Below are positions 63,404 through 64,000 of a DNA stretch of 64,000 nt, piece after piece. Source of the stretch: Octopus vulgaris (Eukaryota). The notes beneath the pieces were generated by a model, which saw only the letters and a program-made list of their open reading frames with translations, searched no databases and was not told the DNA's origin. Within the stretch, counting starts at the first letter, position 1, and each line of letters opens with the position of its first letter. The position numbers and the translations under genes were made by a program. Location: the NCBI GenBank assembly GCA_951406725.2, contig OX597816.1, forward strand, positions 64,418,001 through 64,482,000. The letters are read 5' to 3'.

Positions 63404-63407
<4 letters not shown>
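63185..63407 (-). mobile_element. Two short inserts in a long (TA)n tract; the first is the terminus of the 36256-36440 family
   Basis: gttaatccaaaca... (63185-63225) is the reverse complement of the 36400-36440 end. The second block (63263-63407) is unique sequence between TA tracts. Confidence 0.7.
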
Positions 63408-63446
<39 letters not shown>

Positions 63447-63454
63447 TACATACA

Positions 63455-63531
<77 letters not shown>

Positions 63532-63739
63532 AAATGGAATATTAGAATATTTAACGGTGAACAATCGACCAGTATAACAAAACAGCAAGAGGACAGATGG
63601 AATTTATTAGTTTAGAACTCATGAACATATAGATCCGAGACAAATAGCAATACCACCAGGTATTTTGTACAACTCACTGGCGATTATCCCCTGTTCGCTG
63701 CAATGTTCCTGCTGCTACTGCAGCTACGGATACTATTGC

Positions 63740-63740
63740 A

Positions 63741-63782
<42 letters not shown>

Positions 63783-63900
63783 GCCACCACCACCACCACC
63801 ACCATAACTAAAAGTAATAACAACAGCAACATCAACAACAACAAAAACAACAACAACATCAATGATAATAATAATAATAATAAAAATAATAATAATAAAA
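63740..63900. repeat. Compound (ACT)(CAC)(CAA)(AAT) microsatellite
   Basis: Direct reading. Confidence 0.95.
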
Positions 63901-63902
63901 AA

Positions 63903-64000
63903 ATGCCCTGATGCAGTACCAGACAGTGACTCTCATGGCTTCTGATCTTAACTGATTGGAAGTGTTATCATGTACATTGTTTTGTCTTGGTATAAAAGAT
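63903..64000 (+). mobile_element. Family D element, copy 3 (runs off the window end), again after (AAT)n
   Basis: atgccctgatgcagtaccagacag...aagtgttatcatgtacattgttttgtcttggtataaaagat, whose last about 40 nt are identical to the start of 48097. Confidence 0.9.

Overview
AT-rich, microsatellite-dense eukaryotic DNA with no long intact protein-coding ORF. Nearly all ORF-track entries are microsatellite artefacts. The repeat landscape fits an animal intronic or intergenic region, most likely octopus/coleoid cephalopod (recognised from repeat style, not proven). Recognisable content: three tRNA-type SINE families in many copies; a decayed Tc1 (DD34E) and a full-length decayed mariner, plus mariner, hAT and Helitron non-autonomous derivatives; restriction-like-endonuclease non-LTR relics (R4/Dong-like, one Hero-like); an RTE-like RT scrap; and two Penelope-like (PLE) coding relics. 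The most interesting signal is a set of short non-coding elements in (TA)n or (TAA)n tracts. Several carry minimal type-I hammerhead ribozyme motifs (10613-10658, 33419-33488, 36307-36341, weaker at 23916-23987) or fold-back inverted repeats (32840-32955, 55906-56153), which suggests a microsatellite-targeting PLE/retrozyme-like system. A few possible minus-strand host exons are flagged at low confidence. All alignments and folds were done by eye and boundaries are approximate.
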